Source: Capsulimonadaceae bacterium (lineage in GTDB: Bacteria > Armatimonadota > Armatimonadia > Armatimonadales > Capsulimonadaceae). From it: a stretch of 64,000 nucleotides of DNA. Numbering within the stretch: position 1 is the first letter of the stretch; the number at the start of each line of letters is the position of its first letter. Under the pieces are notes generated by a model. That model worked only from the letters and a program-made list of their open reading frames with translations. It ran no database searches and was not told the DNA's origin. Shown here one piece after another: positions 47,881-58,175 of the stretch. The position numbers were made by a program, and so were the translations under genes. The stretch covers positions 4,160,001 through 4,224,000 of the forward strand of contig OZ244065.1 in the NCBI GenBank assembly GCA_965215505.1. The letters run 5' to 3'.

Positions 47881-50056
47881 GTGACACGGTTCAACGTCCC
47901 GGCCGGAAAACGTTGCCCGATGCCGGCGATGTCGCTGCTCGTCAGTCTGCCCGGCGTGGCCCAAGCGCGCACGCCGTCGCACGCGGAAAGGCAACCCATG
48001 GACTACGTCAATCCGCTCCTGGGCACAGCCACGTTGTGGGACAAGGCGGACTTAGGCTACACGCCGACGCGCCGGGCCTGGGGCGCGGAGGTCTTCCCCG
48101 GCTCGTCGCTCCCCAACGCGATGGTACAACTCACCCCGGTGACGAAGTTTCACAGCGGCTCCGGCTATCAGTATGAAGATAAGGTCATCCAGGGCTTCGC
48201 CCACACCAGCAAGGGACACTGGAACCTGTGCAACATCCCCCTGATGCCGGCGACCGGGACCATCACGCCGGACGACTTCAGCTCTGCCTTCAGTCACAAA
48301 AACGAGACCGCCCATCCGGGCTATTACCAGGTCTACCTGGAGCGGTACGGCACCAACGCCGAACTCACCTCCACCTTACGCTGCGGGTTCCATAAATACA
48401 CGTTCAAGACCGGGCAGGACGAGAAGCTGATCGCCGACCTTGCCACGTCCAACGAAAGGGTGAGGCGCTGGGACATCCACCAGGACGGCGCGAATGTCTT
48501 CAGCGGCTTCCAGCAAACCGGCGAGACCATGTACTTCTATGCCGTCTCCAACCAGCAAATCCAGGGCATAGAGAGGCTGAAGAGGGGCACCAAAGAAATC
48601 TCCGTCGTCAGTTTTGCGGCCTCTCCGAAGCCCCTGGAGTTGCAGATCGGCTTCTCGTTCGTCAGCGTCGCCAATGCAAAAGACAACCTGACGAAAGAGA
48701 TGCTGGGGAAGAGCTTCTCCCAGGTGCGGAACGAGGCGGCGCAGACCTGGCAAGCGTTGTTGTCGAAGATCAAGGTCTCGGGCGGCACGGACCGCCAGCG
48801 GGGGATCTTCTATTCCTGCCTGTACCGTTCGTTCCTCTGGCCCGCCCTGCGGAGCGACCAGAACGGCGACTTCGTGGATGACAGCGGGAAAGTCGTCAAC
48901 AAGGGGTTCCGCTATTACACGCTCCCTTCCCTGTGGGACGACTACCGCAACAAACTGGTCTTGCTGGGGATGCTGTCGCCATCCGTCAGCGTGGACGTGA
49001 TCAAGTCCCTGATTGACAGGGGCGACATCAGCGGCTTCATCCCCACCTTTTTTCCACGGCGACCACGCCGCGCCCTACATCGCCGGGACGTATCTCAGAG
49101 GGATCCGGGGCTACGACGTCAACAGCGCTTACCGCCTGCTCCTCCGGAACGCGACCGTCGAGGGCGGGACCCGGCCCTACATCACCGAATACGCGCAGAA
49201 GGGCTACATCTCCGAACCCGATCTGGCGCATCCTGTCCTGGAAACGAAGGCCAAGGCCGCGGTGACGAAGACGCTCGAATACGCTTACGACGATTACGCC
49301 GTCGCCCGGCTGGCCAAGGCGCTGGGCGACACGGACAGCTACGCAATGCTGATGAAGAGGACGAGCAACTACAAAAACGTGTTCGATCCCTCCACCGAGT
49401 TCATGCGGGGGCGCCTGGCGGACGGGTCGTGGGTCAAGAACTTCGACCCCGAGCAGCCTTTCTACGAATACATGTACCGCGAGGCCAACGCCTGGCAGTC
49501 TTCGTTCTTCGCCCCGCACGACGTCCTGGGCTTGATCGGCCTGTACAAGAGCCGGGACGATTTCGAGAACAAACTGGACCAGTTCTTCACGATCCCCTGG
49601 AACGGCGTCGAGGCCGACAACCTGACGGGCTTCATCGGCCAATACTGTCAGGGGAATCAGCCCGACCACAGCGTCCCCTTCATGTACTACTTCGTCGGCA
49701 AGCAGGAAAAGTCCCAGGCTCTGCTGGACACCATCATGGACCGCTTTTATGACATGGGCAAAGACAAGCTGGCCTACGCCGGCATGGACGATGCGGGCGA
49801 GATGTCCTCCTGGTATGTGTTCAATGCCATCGGCCTCTATCCGTTCTCCCCGGCGGACGAGGATTACATCCTCTCCGTGCCGCTTTTCGACAGAGTGCAG
49901 CTCTCTCTCGGCGACAAGGTCACTTGCACGATTGTCAGGAAGCATCCCGGCGATAAAATCACGCAGATCACCTATGACCACCGAAAAGTGGACGGTTATT
50001 TCATCTCGCATCACGAACTGCTGTGGGGGAAGGAACTGGACATTACCGCCCGGTAG
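47881..50056 (+). pseudogene. GH92 alpha-mannosidase with a frameshift in a T6 run (or sequencing indel)
   Basis: YVNPLLGT, HPGYY, SLWDDYR in one frame; FHGDH, TLEYAYDD, EANAWQ, GNQP, DDAGEMSSW in the next; switch at TTTTTT 49048-49053. Confidence 0.88.
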
Positions 50057-50195
50057 CGTGGTCAACGGCAGCCCGATCCCGGCGGCATCTCGGCGACGCC
50101 GCCAGCACGGCTGAAGTACGGACACCGCGGACGGGCAGGGGTCTGGGGCGGACACGGCGAACAAATCCTGCAATTCTGTCATCGAGGGCACTCCA

Positions 50196-50870
50196 ATGAC
50201 GACACTGACCAATGAACAGATGCGCCATTACGAAGAACAGGGCTATGTCCTGGTCTCCGGCCTGGTTCCCGAACCGCTCGCGCAGGAGGCCGCCGCCGCT
50301 CTGTGGCGGCTGCTGGACGCCGACCCGGCCCGGCCCGACACCTGGGCCGCCATCTCCGGGGCGCACCAGACCTACCCCGACCCGGCGCTGCTGGCCTGCT
50401 ACACGCCCGCCCTGCTCGCCGCCGCCGCCGAAATCGCCGACGACCCCGTCGAAACGATCACGGTTCCTGACAGAGCCTACACGATCAACGTCTTCCCCCG
50501 GCCCGGCGCCGTCTGGGAGTGGCCGCACCCGCACATCGACCACGCGATCCGCGCAGACGGCTATCACGTCTTCCCACGGGCCTTCCGGGTCGCCGGGATG
50601 ACGTTCCTCAACGACGTCCCGCCGCACGGCGCGGGGACGGTCCTCTGGCCCGGCTCCCACCGGAAGTTGGCGGACTTGGCCCGCAGCGACCCGGAGCGTT
50701 ACGAGATGATGTGGGCGCTCAACAAGGACCTGGGCCGCGTGGACCTGGGCGAGCCGGTGGAGCTCACGCCCCGCTGCGGCGACGTGCTGCTCTACCACTA
50801 CCTCTGCGCCCACGCCGGCAGCAGCAACACCAGTTCCCAGCCCCGCCTGGCCCTCAACATCAAGTGGTGA
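50196..50870 (+). CDS. PhyH-family Fe(II)/2-oxoglutarate dioxygenase
   Basis: YEEQGYVLV, PHID (HxD), WPGSH, GDVLLYH...HAGSSN...RLAL. Confidence 0.88.
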   Translation: MTTLTNEQMRHYEEQGYVLVSGLVPEPLAQEAAAALWRLLDADPARPDTWAAISGAHQTYPDPALLACYTPALLAAAAEIADDPVETITVPDRAYTINVFPRPGAVWEWPHPHIDHAIRADGYHVFPRAFRVAGMTFLNDVPPHGAGTVLWPGSHRKLADLARSDPERYEMMWALNKDLGRVDLGEPVELTPRCGDVLLYHYLCAHAGSSNTSSQPRLALNIKW

Positions 50871-50872
50871 TC

Positions 50873-51670
50873 ATGACGGCACAGCAGATTGTTGATCGCA
50901 TCAAAGATCAGTTCGGCGCGGACTGGCAGGAGGCGTCCCGCGACGGCTTCAGCGCCGGTCTGCCGGAGACGCCCGTCACCGGCATCGTCACGTCCTACAC
51001 TCCCTCGCTGGAAGTGCTGAGGCGAGCCGTGGTCGCCGGAAAGAACATGGTCATCACCCAGCAGCCGGGGTTCTATCAGGAGGACCGGGACTGTCTCAAG
51101 AACGACCCGGCCTATCTCGTCAAGCGGGACTTTATTGACAAAAACGCCCTGGTCCTCTGGCGGTTCCGCGACAACTGGAACGCCAGGAAAGGGAACGGCC
51201 AGGCGCGTGGGCTGGCCCACGCGCTCGGCTGGGACGCCTCCGCCGGGCGCGACCCCGGCGCGGACAGGGAGCATCGCTGTTTCCGCCTCCCGGAACGGTC
51301 TCTCGGCGAGTGGGTCACCGAAATCAAGGACAGGCTGGGCGTTCGGGCGCTTCGGGTGATCGGCGACCCGCAGACAAAAATCAGCAAGGCGTCTTTGTCG
51401 CACGGGATGTTCCAGTTCTCCGAACTGCGGGAAATCCTGAAAGACCCGGACGTCACCTTGATCGTGATCGCGGAGGCCATCGAGTGGGAAAGCTGCGAGT
51501 ATTTCCGCGACTTGCTGACGTGGCGCGGGGCAGACAAAGCCATGATCCTTCTAGGACGGGAAGCTTCGGAAGACCCCGGCTACCGCGAGGCCGCGTCTTG
51601 GCTGCGGACCTTCCTACCCGAAGTCGCCATCGAGTGGATCCCCGCCGGAGAACCCTTTTGGATACCCTGA
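50873..51670 (+). CDS. NIF3/DUF34-like protein with degenerate metal site
   Basis: TPVTGIVTS; ITQQP, RFRDNW and LGREASE replace the His-containing motifs. Confidence 0.75.
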   Translation: MTAQQIVDRIKDQFGADWQEASRDGFSAGLPETPVTGIVTSYTPSLEVLRRAVVAGKNMVITQQPGFYQEDRDCLKNDPAYLVKRDFIDKNALVLWRFRDNWNARKGNGQARGLAHALGWDASAGRDPGADREHRCFRLPERSLGEWVTEIKDRLGVRALRVIGDPQTKISKASLSHGMFQFSELREILKDPDVTLIVIAEAIEWESCEYFRDLLTWRGADKAMILLGREASEDPGYREAASWLRTFLPEVAIEWIPAGEPFWIP

Positions 51671-51672
51671 CC

Positions 51673-52494
51673 ATGACCACTTCAGAACGCGGACGTTCAG
51701 AGCGCGGCCGGATCGCCGCCGGGGAAATAATCGCGCGGATCCAGAACGCGGTCGGCGTCCCCTGGCGGGAGCCGACCGTGGATACGATCAAAGGTGGCAG
51801 CGCCGACACCGTCGTCACGGGGATCGCGACGACGTTCCTGGCAACGCTGGACGTCCTCCAGAAGACTGCCCAAGCGGGCGGGAACTTCGTCGTCACGCAC
51901 GAGCCGACGTTTTGGAACAATTTGGACCGGGACGACGGGCTGACGGAGGATGCTTTGTATCGCCATAAACGCGACTTCATCCGTGATCACGCTCTGGTCG
52001 TCTGGAGGTTTCACGACCACTGGCACGCCCGCCGGCCGGACGGCATCTGGGAGGGATTCCACCGGGAGCTTGGCTGGGATCAATACCCGTTTGACGAGTC
52101 TCGCGGCGTGTTTGAACTCCCCCGGACCGTGACGCTGGAAGCCTTCGCGCGGGGCGTCAAAGACCGGCTGCAAAGCGACAGCGTCCGCGTCGTCGGGAAC
52201 CCCCGGCTGCCAGTAAACACGGTCCGCCGAGGCTCCAACAAGCTGTCCGGGAGCGTCGCCCTTCTTCCTAGCGCGGACGCCTTCGTCATCATGGAGGCCG
52301 ACCGCGAGAACGATCTGGTAGAGTGGTGCCGGGATGCGGCGCTTTCGGGCCAGGAAAAAGGGTTCGTTTTTATTTCCCACAACCGGGCCGAAGAGTCGGG
52401 GATGGAGAACTGTGCAAAATGGCTCCGCACATTCATTCCCGAAGTGCCTGTGGAGTTTATCCCGTCCGGCGACCCGTTCTGGCGAACGACCTGA
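51673..52494 (+). CDS. NIF3/DUF34 dinuclear metal-centre protein
   Basis: DTIKGG...VTGIAT, VTHEPTF, RFHDHWH, SHNRAEE, FIPSGDPF. Confidence 0.85.
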   Translation: MTTSERGRSERGRIAAGEIIARIQNAVGVPWREPTVDTIKGGSADTVVTGIATTFLATLDVLQKTAQAGGNFVVTHEPTFWNNLDRDDGLTEDALYRHKRDFIRDHALVVWRFHDHWHARRPDGIWEGFHRELGWDQYPFDESRGVFELPRTVTLEAFARGVKDRLQSDSVRVVGNPRLPVNTVRRGSNKLSGSVALLPSADAFVIMEADRENDLVEWCRDAALSGQEKGFVFISHNRAEESGMENCAKWLRTFIPEVPVEFIPSGDPFWRTT

Positions 52495-52568
52495 TGCGTC
52501 TTGAAGCCAGGCAGATTAGGCCGGCGATTTTAACCGCCGGCTGAAGTTTAGAGACACAAAGGAACACG

Positions 52569-54842
52569 ATGACAAGATTGCATGACGTCTGGAAGTTCTC
52601 CCTGATGGGGATGATGAGCCTGTCCTTGGCCGGGATCGGCACGACGCCGTCGGTCGCCGCCAGGAACGCGCAGCCCGCAGTCTTCGCGGCCCCCGCGCCG
52701 GGAATGGTGGACGTCACCCACGGCCTCGGCATCCCGTTCGGCGGCATCGGCACCGGCTTCTCGGTGTTCGGCAAGTACGGGTTCGTGGACGTCTATTTCG
52801 ACGGCCGCCATCTGAACGGCAGCGACTGGAGGATTGACCGGCCGCCGACGGACAAGCCGGCGTTCGCCTTGCAGCTCACCGAAGGCGGCAAAAGCACCGT
52901 CCTCCAGGAGACGCCGGTGGACTGGCTGGCGGACGCACAGCCGGTGGATAAGGTGCAGGCCTACGCCGATCTGCCCAAAGGGCATTTCGTCTTCAAGAAG
53001 GCAGGCTCGCGGCTCGGCCTCGTGATGACCGGGTTTTCGCCCATGGTCCCCCACGATCTGACCAGCTCCACCATCCCGGTGCAAGTCTTCGACGTCACCC
53101 TGGAAAACAAGGCGGACACGACGCGCTCCTTCGTGCTGGCGCTCCTGCACCGCGACGCATTGACGGTGCGGGACGGCAAGGCCGTACTCGTCACTCCCAA
53201 TGGGGAGACGGCGTTCGGCTGTGACGGCGGCGCCGCCGACACCCACGGCGTAGGCGCGTCCCTGAAACTCGCGCCGGGAAAACGCCGCACGGTCCGCTTT
53301 TACATCGCCTGGGATTATCCCTCCGTCCGGCCCACTTCCTCGGCGATCCACCAGGCCTACCGGCGGTTTTACACCAAGCGGTTCCAGAACGCGGAGCAGG
53401 TGATAGGTCTCGCGACGAAGTCCGCCAATCAGTGGTCCGCCGCCATTGACCGCTGGCACGCCGCGTATGACGTTCCGCCCGCCTTCAAGCGGCTCTGGTT
53501 CTCGGCGCTCTGCTCCGTCAGCACCTCGACGATCCTCACCGATGATCCCTTCTTCTTTGAACAGGAAGTTCCCCACGGCTGGGACAACACCATGGACGTC
53601 AGCGTCTATCATAACTGGCTGTACATGGTCAACTGGCCCGAGATCGAGCGGATGGACATGGACCAGTATTACGAGAGCATCCCGAAGACCGGCGACAATG
53701 CCGGCTTCGTGTGGCACTCGTTGTGGGACGACAGCTCGAGCTACGCCGAGGAGCCGACCTTCATCGGGCGCGTCTACCGCGACTCCCTCTGGTTCAACGA
53801 CCCGGCCTGGACGGCCAAAGGCTTCTCGCTGGCGACCCTGGCCGCGAATCACACCTACAACGCGGACAACTACCGTTCCCTGCTGCACAACCGCGTCGGC
53901 AACCAGTCGTATGACATCTGGAAGATGCCCGGCGTCAACTCCTACGTCAGCCTGACGTGGGTCTACGGGCTGTACAGCCTCAGTCAGATGTCCCGGACCC
54001 TGCACCAGCCCAGCGTCGTTGCCGGGATGCCGGCGGCGGACCTGCTTTCGAAAGCGCGCGGCAGCCTCAACGATCTGCTCTGGAACAAGGACGGGCATTA
54101 CTGGAACACGTTCTATGTCCCGACCGACCGGCCCGAAGATGCCGACGCCCTGCGGCGCACGGACGGGCAGGACACCTTCTCCGACCAATTGTTCGGCAAA
54201 TGGCTCACCCTGATCGACCCGCAGGCTGAGAGCGTCCTGCCCGCGGACCAGGTCCATGACGCGCTGCTGACGGTCTACACGAACAACCTCGTGGACGATC
54301 CGGCCCAGTCGTTCCGGGGCTGGGCCAACGGGATGCGGCCCGGCCACCAGCCGGAGATGCAGGCCGGCTACCACTCCCGCACCTGCTGGTTCGGCCCGCA
54401 GGAAGACCTGGCGTCCCTGCTGGCGGACGCCGGCGATGAGACCAAGTCGCTGGACGTCTTCAACTCCCTGGAGTCGAGTCTGCACAACAACGACCTGTTC
54501 GTGGGCGAGTGGAACAAGTCCGTCGGCCCCGACGGCCTGAGCCGCACCCTGCCCGAAGAGCCGGCCAAGGACACCCCGCGCTTCCCGCCCTACCCGCGAT
54601 ACAAATCGGGCTGGGAGTATCTCGTGTGCATTCTGGGCCTCAAGATGGACGCGCAGAACTTCTACCTGAAGCCCTTCAAGACCATCGGCTTCGCGCTCCA
54701 TGACGTGGAACTGGCGGGGACGCGCTTCAACGTCACCGTCCGCCCCGGCTGGACCAAAGTGCGGGTGAACGGCAAGCGGCAGACCGGCCCGATCGCGGTC
54801 CCCCGGACCCTGAGCACGGTGAAGATTGAGTTGACGAAATGA
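52569..54842 (+). CDS. GH116-like glycoside hydrolase
   Basis: GIPFGGIGTG, FSPMVPHD...SSTIP, NTMDV, NQSYDIW, FSDQLFG; signal peptide. Confidence 0.78.
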   Translation: MTRLHDVWKFSLMGMMSLSLAGIGTTPSVAARNAQPAVFAAPAPGMVDVTHGLGIPFGGIGTGFSVFGKYGFVDVYFDGRHLNGSDWRIDRPPTDKPAFALQLTEGGKSTVLQETPVDWLADAQPVDKVQAYADLPKGHFVFKKAGSRLGLVMTGFSPMVPHDLTSSTIPVQVFDVTLENKADTTRSFVLALLHRDALTVRDGKAVLVTPNGETAFGCDGGAADTHGVGASLKLAPGKRRTVRFYIAWDYPSVRPTSSAIHQAYRRFYTKRFQNAEQVIGLATKSANQWSAAIDRWHAAYDVPPAFKRLWFSALCSVSTSTILTDDPFFFEQEVPHGWDNTMDVSVYHNWLYMVNWPEIERMDMDQYYESIPKTGDNAGFVWHSLWDDSSSYAEEPTFIGRVYRDSLWFNDPAWTAKGFSLATLAANHTYNADNYRSLLHNRVGNQSYDIWKMPGVNSYVSLTWVYGLYSLSQMSRTLHQPSVVAGMPAADLLSKARGSLNDLLWNKDGHYWNTFYVPTDRPEDADALRRTDGQDTFSDQLFGKWLTLIDPQAESVLPADQVHDALLTVYTNNLVDDPAQSFRGWANGMRPGHQPEMQAGYHSRTCWFGPQEDLASLLADAGDETKSLDVFNSLESSLHNNDLFVGEWNKSVGPDGLSRTLPEEPAKDTPRFPPYPRYKSGWEYLVCILGLKMDAQNFYLKPFKTIGFALHDVELAGTRFNVTVRPGWTKVRVNGKRQTGPIAVPRTLSTVKIELTK

Positions 54843-55033
54843 TCCATTAGCGCATCATCCGCAGAGTCTCGCTTCTGCTTGCGGTCGTTCGTGTAGGCAT
54901 TGGTGAAAGGGGCGCCAGCAGGGGAACAGCCGCTCTCCCAAAGGCCTGGAATTCGTTCCGGCGGCGCCAGTGCATAAATCAATGCCTCACAGTAAGCCTC
55001 GTGGTAAACAACTTTGAAAAATGGTAAACAACT

Positions 55034-56461
55034 ATGGAAATCGTCAATAGCCCGGCCAGCGACCCCGCGCCGGGCCCGCACCCCGCTGGACGGAACGAGC
55101 ATCAGACCGAACGGATGACGGGCCGCCTCTTCTTCTGGGCCCTGACCTCCGCCCTGGCTGGCTTCCTGTTTGGCTTCGACACCGTGGTCATCTCGGGCGC
55201 CGAGCGGACGATCCAGGCCCTGTGGAGGCTGTCCCCCACCGTCCATGGGTTCGCCATGGCCTCGGCCCTGTACGGCACCGTGCTGGGGGCGCTGATCGGC
55301 GGCTGGCCGAGCGACCGCTTCGGGCGGAAGCCGACGCTGCTGTGCATTGGTGCCCTGTACTTGGTTTCCGCCGTCTGGTCGGCCCTCGCGCCGGACGTGA
55401 CGTCGTTCGTCATCGCGCGGCTCCTGGGTGGGCTGGGCATCGGCATCTCCACCGTGGTCGCGCCGCCGTACATTGCCGAGATCTCGCCGCCCAAGTTCCG
55501 GGGGCGGTTGACCGGCATGTTCCAGTTCAACATCGTGTTCGGAATCATCGTCGCGTACGCCTCCAACGCGCTGCTGGCCGGGACCGGCGAGTCAGCCTGG
55601 CGCTGGATGCTCGGCGTGGCGGCATTCCCCTCCCTGCTGTACACCGTCTTCTGCCTCGGCCTGCCCGAAAGCCCACGCTGGCTCCTGACGCGCAAGGGAG
55701 ACCGGGCGGCGGGCTTGGCCGTCCTGCGAAAGATCCAGCCCGCGGCGACCGACGCGGAGATCGCCCAAGAGGCGGACCGCATCACGGCGGCCTCGCCCAT
55801 GTCAGTGCCTTCGACAGGGCAGCCTTCCGGCGGTTTCTGGAGCGAGCGCCTGCGCCGCCCCATCCTGCTCGCCTTCCTGATCGCGTTCTTCAATCAGATG
55901 TCGGGGATCAACGCGATCCTGTACTTCGCGCCCCGCATCTTCGAGCTGACCGGCCTGGGCGAAAAGGCCGCGCTGCTCCAGTCCGTCGGCATCGGCGTCA
56001 CAAACCTGGTCTTCACGTTCGTGGGTTTGTGGCTCATTGACCGCCTGGGCCGGCGGACATTGCTGTTCATCGGCTCGTTCGGCTACATCCTCTCACTAGG
56101 CGCGGTCGCGGGGGCGTTCTTCACGCACCACGTGGCAATCGTCCCTGTCTGCGTCTTCGCGTTCATCGCCGCGCACGCGGTTGGCCAGGGCGCGGTGATC
56201 TGGGTGTACATTTCGGAGATCTTCCCGAACCGGTACCGTGCGCAGGGCCAGACGCTGGGCAGCTCGACGCACTGGATCTTTGCGGCCCTGCTCACGACCT
56301 TCTTCCCGAGGATGGTCACGGCGTTCCCGCCAGGCGACGTGTTCCTGTTCTTCTGCGGCATGATGGTGCTCCAGCTCCTCTGGGTCAAGACGATGGTGGT
56401 CGAGACCAAGGGCGTCCCGCTGGAGCAGGTGCAGGAGCGGCTGGGCATTGCCTCGGCTTGA
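55034..56461 (+). CDS. MFS sugar porter (sugar:H+ symporter)
   Basis: GFLFGFDTVVISG, DRFGRK, YIAEISP, PESPRWL, NQMSGINAILYF, ETKGVPLE. Confidence 0.95.
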   Translation: MEIVNSPASDPAPGPHPAGRNEHQTERMTGRLFFWALTSALAGFLFGFDTVVISGAERTIQALWRLSPTVHGFAMASALYGTVLGALIGGWPSDRFGRKPTLLCIGALYLVSAVWSALAPDVTSFVIARLLGGLGIGISTVVAPPYIAEISPPKFRGRLTGMFQFNIVFGIIVAYASNALLAGTGESAWRWMLGVAAFPSLLYTVFCLGLPESPRWLLTRKGDRAAGLAVLRKIQPAATDAEIAQEADRITAASPMSVPSTGQPSGGFWSERLRRPILLAFLIAFFNQMSGINAILYFAPRIFELTGLGEKAALLQSVGIGVTNLVFTFVGLWLIDRLGRRTLLFIGSFGYILSLGAVAGAFFTHHVAIVPVCVFAFIAAHAVGQGAVIWVYISEIFPNRYRAQGQTLGSSTHWIFAALLTTFFPRMVTAFPPGDVFLFFCGMMVLQLLWVKTMVVETKGVPLEQVQERLGIASA

Positions 56462-56664
56462 GCCTGTGGAACATTGCCGATCTCATTGGGCTCCCGGCCG
56501 AGACCGTTTTATTCGGCCTTGCCGATCTTGAACATCTTGGTGTCCAGCCAGGGCACAAACACGGTGTTCGGCGGGGTGCGTAGGCCGGGGAGCAGTTCCC
56601 AAAACGCGGCCTCTGCCTGCCGCTCTTCGGCGACGACCTTCTCGATGTGCCGCCTGACCGCCCG

Positions 56665-56745
56665 CTCCGCAGACAACAGGACCTCCGCAGACAACAGGAC
56701 CTCCGCAGACAACAGGACCTCCGCAGACAACAGGACCTCCGCAGA
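56665..56745. repeat. 18-bp tandem repeat, 4.5 copies
   Basis: CTCCGCAGACAACAGGAC; encodes SAEVLL repeats on the minus strand. Confidence 0.95.
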
Positions 56746-56849
56746 TGATTTGGTGGGGCCGGCGGTTACTGCCTGGTGTCCACCAAGTTGCTCTTCTTCA
56801 GTCGGCTCTTTATCATGCGGCGCCTTCTGGCCCTGACGGTGAGGCTGAG

Positions 56850-56901
56850 GCAGAGTCTCAGGCCGCAGCAAAGTCTCAGGCCGCAGCAAAGTCTCAGGCC
56901 G
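56850..56901. repeat. 18-bp tandem repeat, about 3 copies
   Basis: GCA(G/A)AGTCTCAGGCCGCA. Confidence 0.9.
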
Positions 56902-57948
56902 GCTCAGAGTGTTTCGGCTCAGACTGCTGAAGCCGCTCCTTGCTCTCCCGCGCAAAGTCGTGCAGGTGCTTCAGGCGCTTTGCTTCCGACAGGTCCTGCC
57001 CTGACAACTTCTTTTCTGACGAGCGACCATCTCCCATGGCCGCCGGCTTGCCTATGACGCCCCCCGCCCCCCGCTGCCAGACCTGAACGCGCACTTCCCC
57101 GCCGAGCCGGATGCCGCACATCAGCTCCATCCGGCCCTGATCGATCTTGACCTGACTAAGCGGGTCCTGCCGCAAGAGGTCGGCGAGTTTGAAGCCGTTA
57201 TCCTGATCGGTGCCGATCATCCCCTCGGGGAACAAGAGGTTGGTGAGTCCGGGCGGGAGTTAAATCCCTTCAGCCGTGCGGTCGCCTCCCCCGGCCGTGC
57301 GGCCGTCGCTGTCAGCCGTCGGCACGTCCCCCTCCAGTATCACCGCGCCCCCTTTCGCTGTCGGGGTATCACATACCGGGGCGTCATTGCTTGGAGCGTC
57401 ATTGCCCGTCCCAGGCGGTGCGCCCGGATCAGCAAGCCATTCGGCCTCGTTCTTCATAAAATTTGGAGCTTTCCTGCCGTCTTTTCCGGCTTATTCCGGT
57501 CGTCCTTGTTTTCACAGTTTGTTTTGCCTGCGTGTCCCCCGGACAGGCCTCGCCGGATGAGTGGGGTATGAACACGCGCCGCAAACGAGGCTTGGCCGAA
57601 GGGCCATTTCCCACCCCAAAGGCATTTCTCCCTTCAGGCTCTCAGTCTTCGAAGGCTCAGTCCGCAGAGAATCAACCTTCAGACCAATCAGTTCCGGTGC
57701 CAAAGATGGCGGGGGGGGGCACCCCCGGTCAACCCTTCCTGGCTGGCATTCTGGACCAAAGTGCGTCGCATGGCCCAGGATCTGGACACCCTGGAAGCGG
57801 ACAGCCTAGAAGCGGGCACGCTGAAGGCGGAGGCACTGCTACCGGAAGACCCCTTCATGATGGGGGACAGCCTCAAGGCCGTTAAGAAACCTCAATAGCC
57901 TTGAGAAGCCTCACGACCGTTGACCTGAACACTGTTCTTGTTGGACCC

Positions 57949-57996
57949 ATGAGGCTTTCGCCGATGGAGCTTATGAGGCTTTCGCCGGTGGAGCTT
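57949..57996. repeat. 24-bp tandem repeat, 2 copies
   Basis: ATGAGGCTTTCGCCG(A/G)TGGAGCTT. Confidence 0.9.
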
Positions 57997-58038
57997 CGGT
58001 TTATAGGGCGACGTTTATCCGGCGACCAAGTCCACAAG

Positions 58039-58117
58039 CATAGAGGCCCCAAACATAGAGGCCCCCAAACATAGAGGCCCCCAAATATAGAGGCATCCAA
58101 ACATAGAGGCATCCCAA
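58039..58117. repeat. 16-bp tandem repeat, 5 copies
   Basis: CATAGAGGCCCCCAAA and variants; the first copy is 15 bp. Confidence 0.92.
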
Positions 58118-58175
58118 GCTTTCGAGAGGGTGAGCATCCCGGCCTTCAGGATGGTTGGAAACGGCGTTCCGGCCT

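Noticed and set aside
1971-54701. Long antisense ORFs (for example 1971-4157, 20733-23378, 30481-33468, 45549-47687, 52548-54701)
   Set aside because: They are shadow frames of high-GC genes and contain no recognisable motifs.
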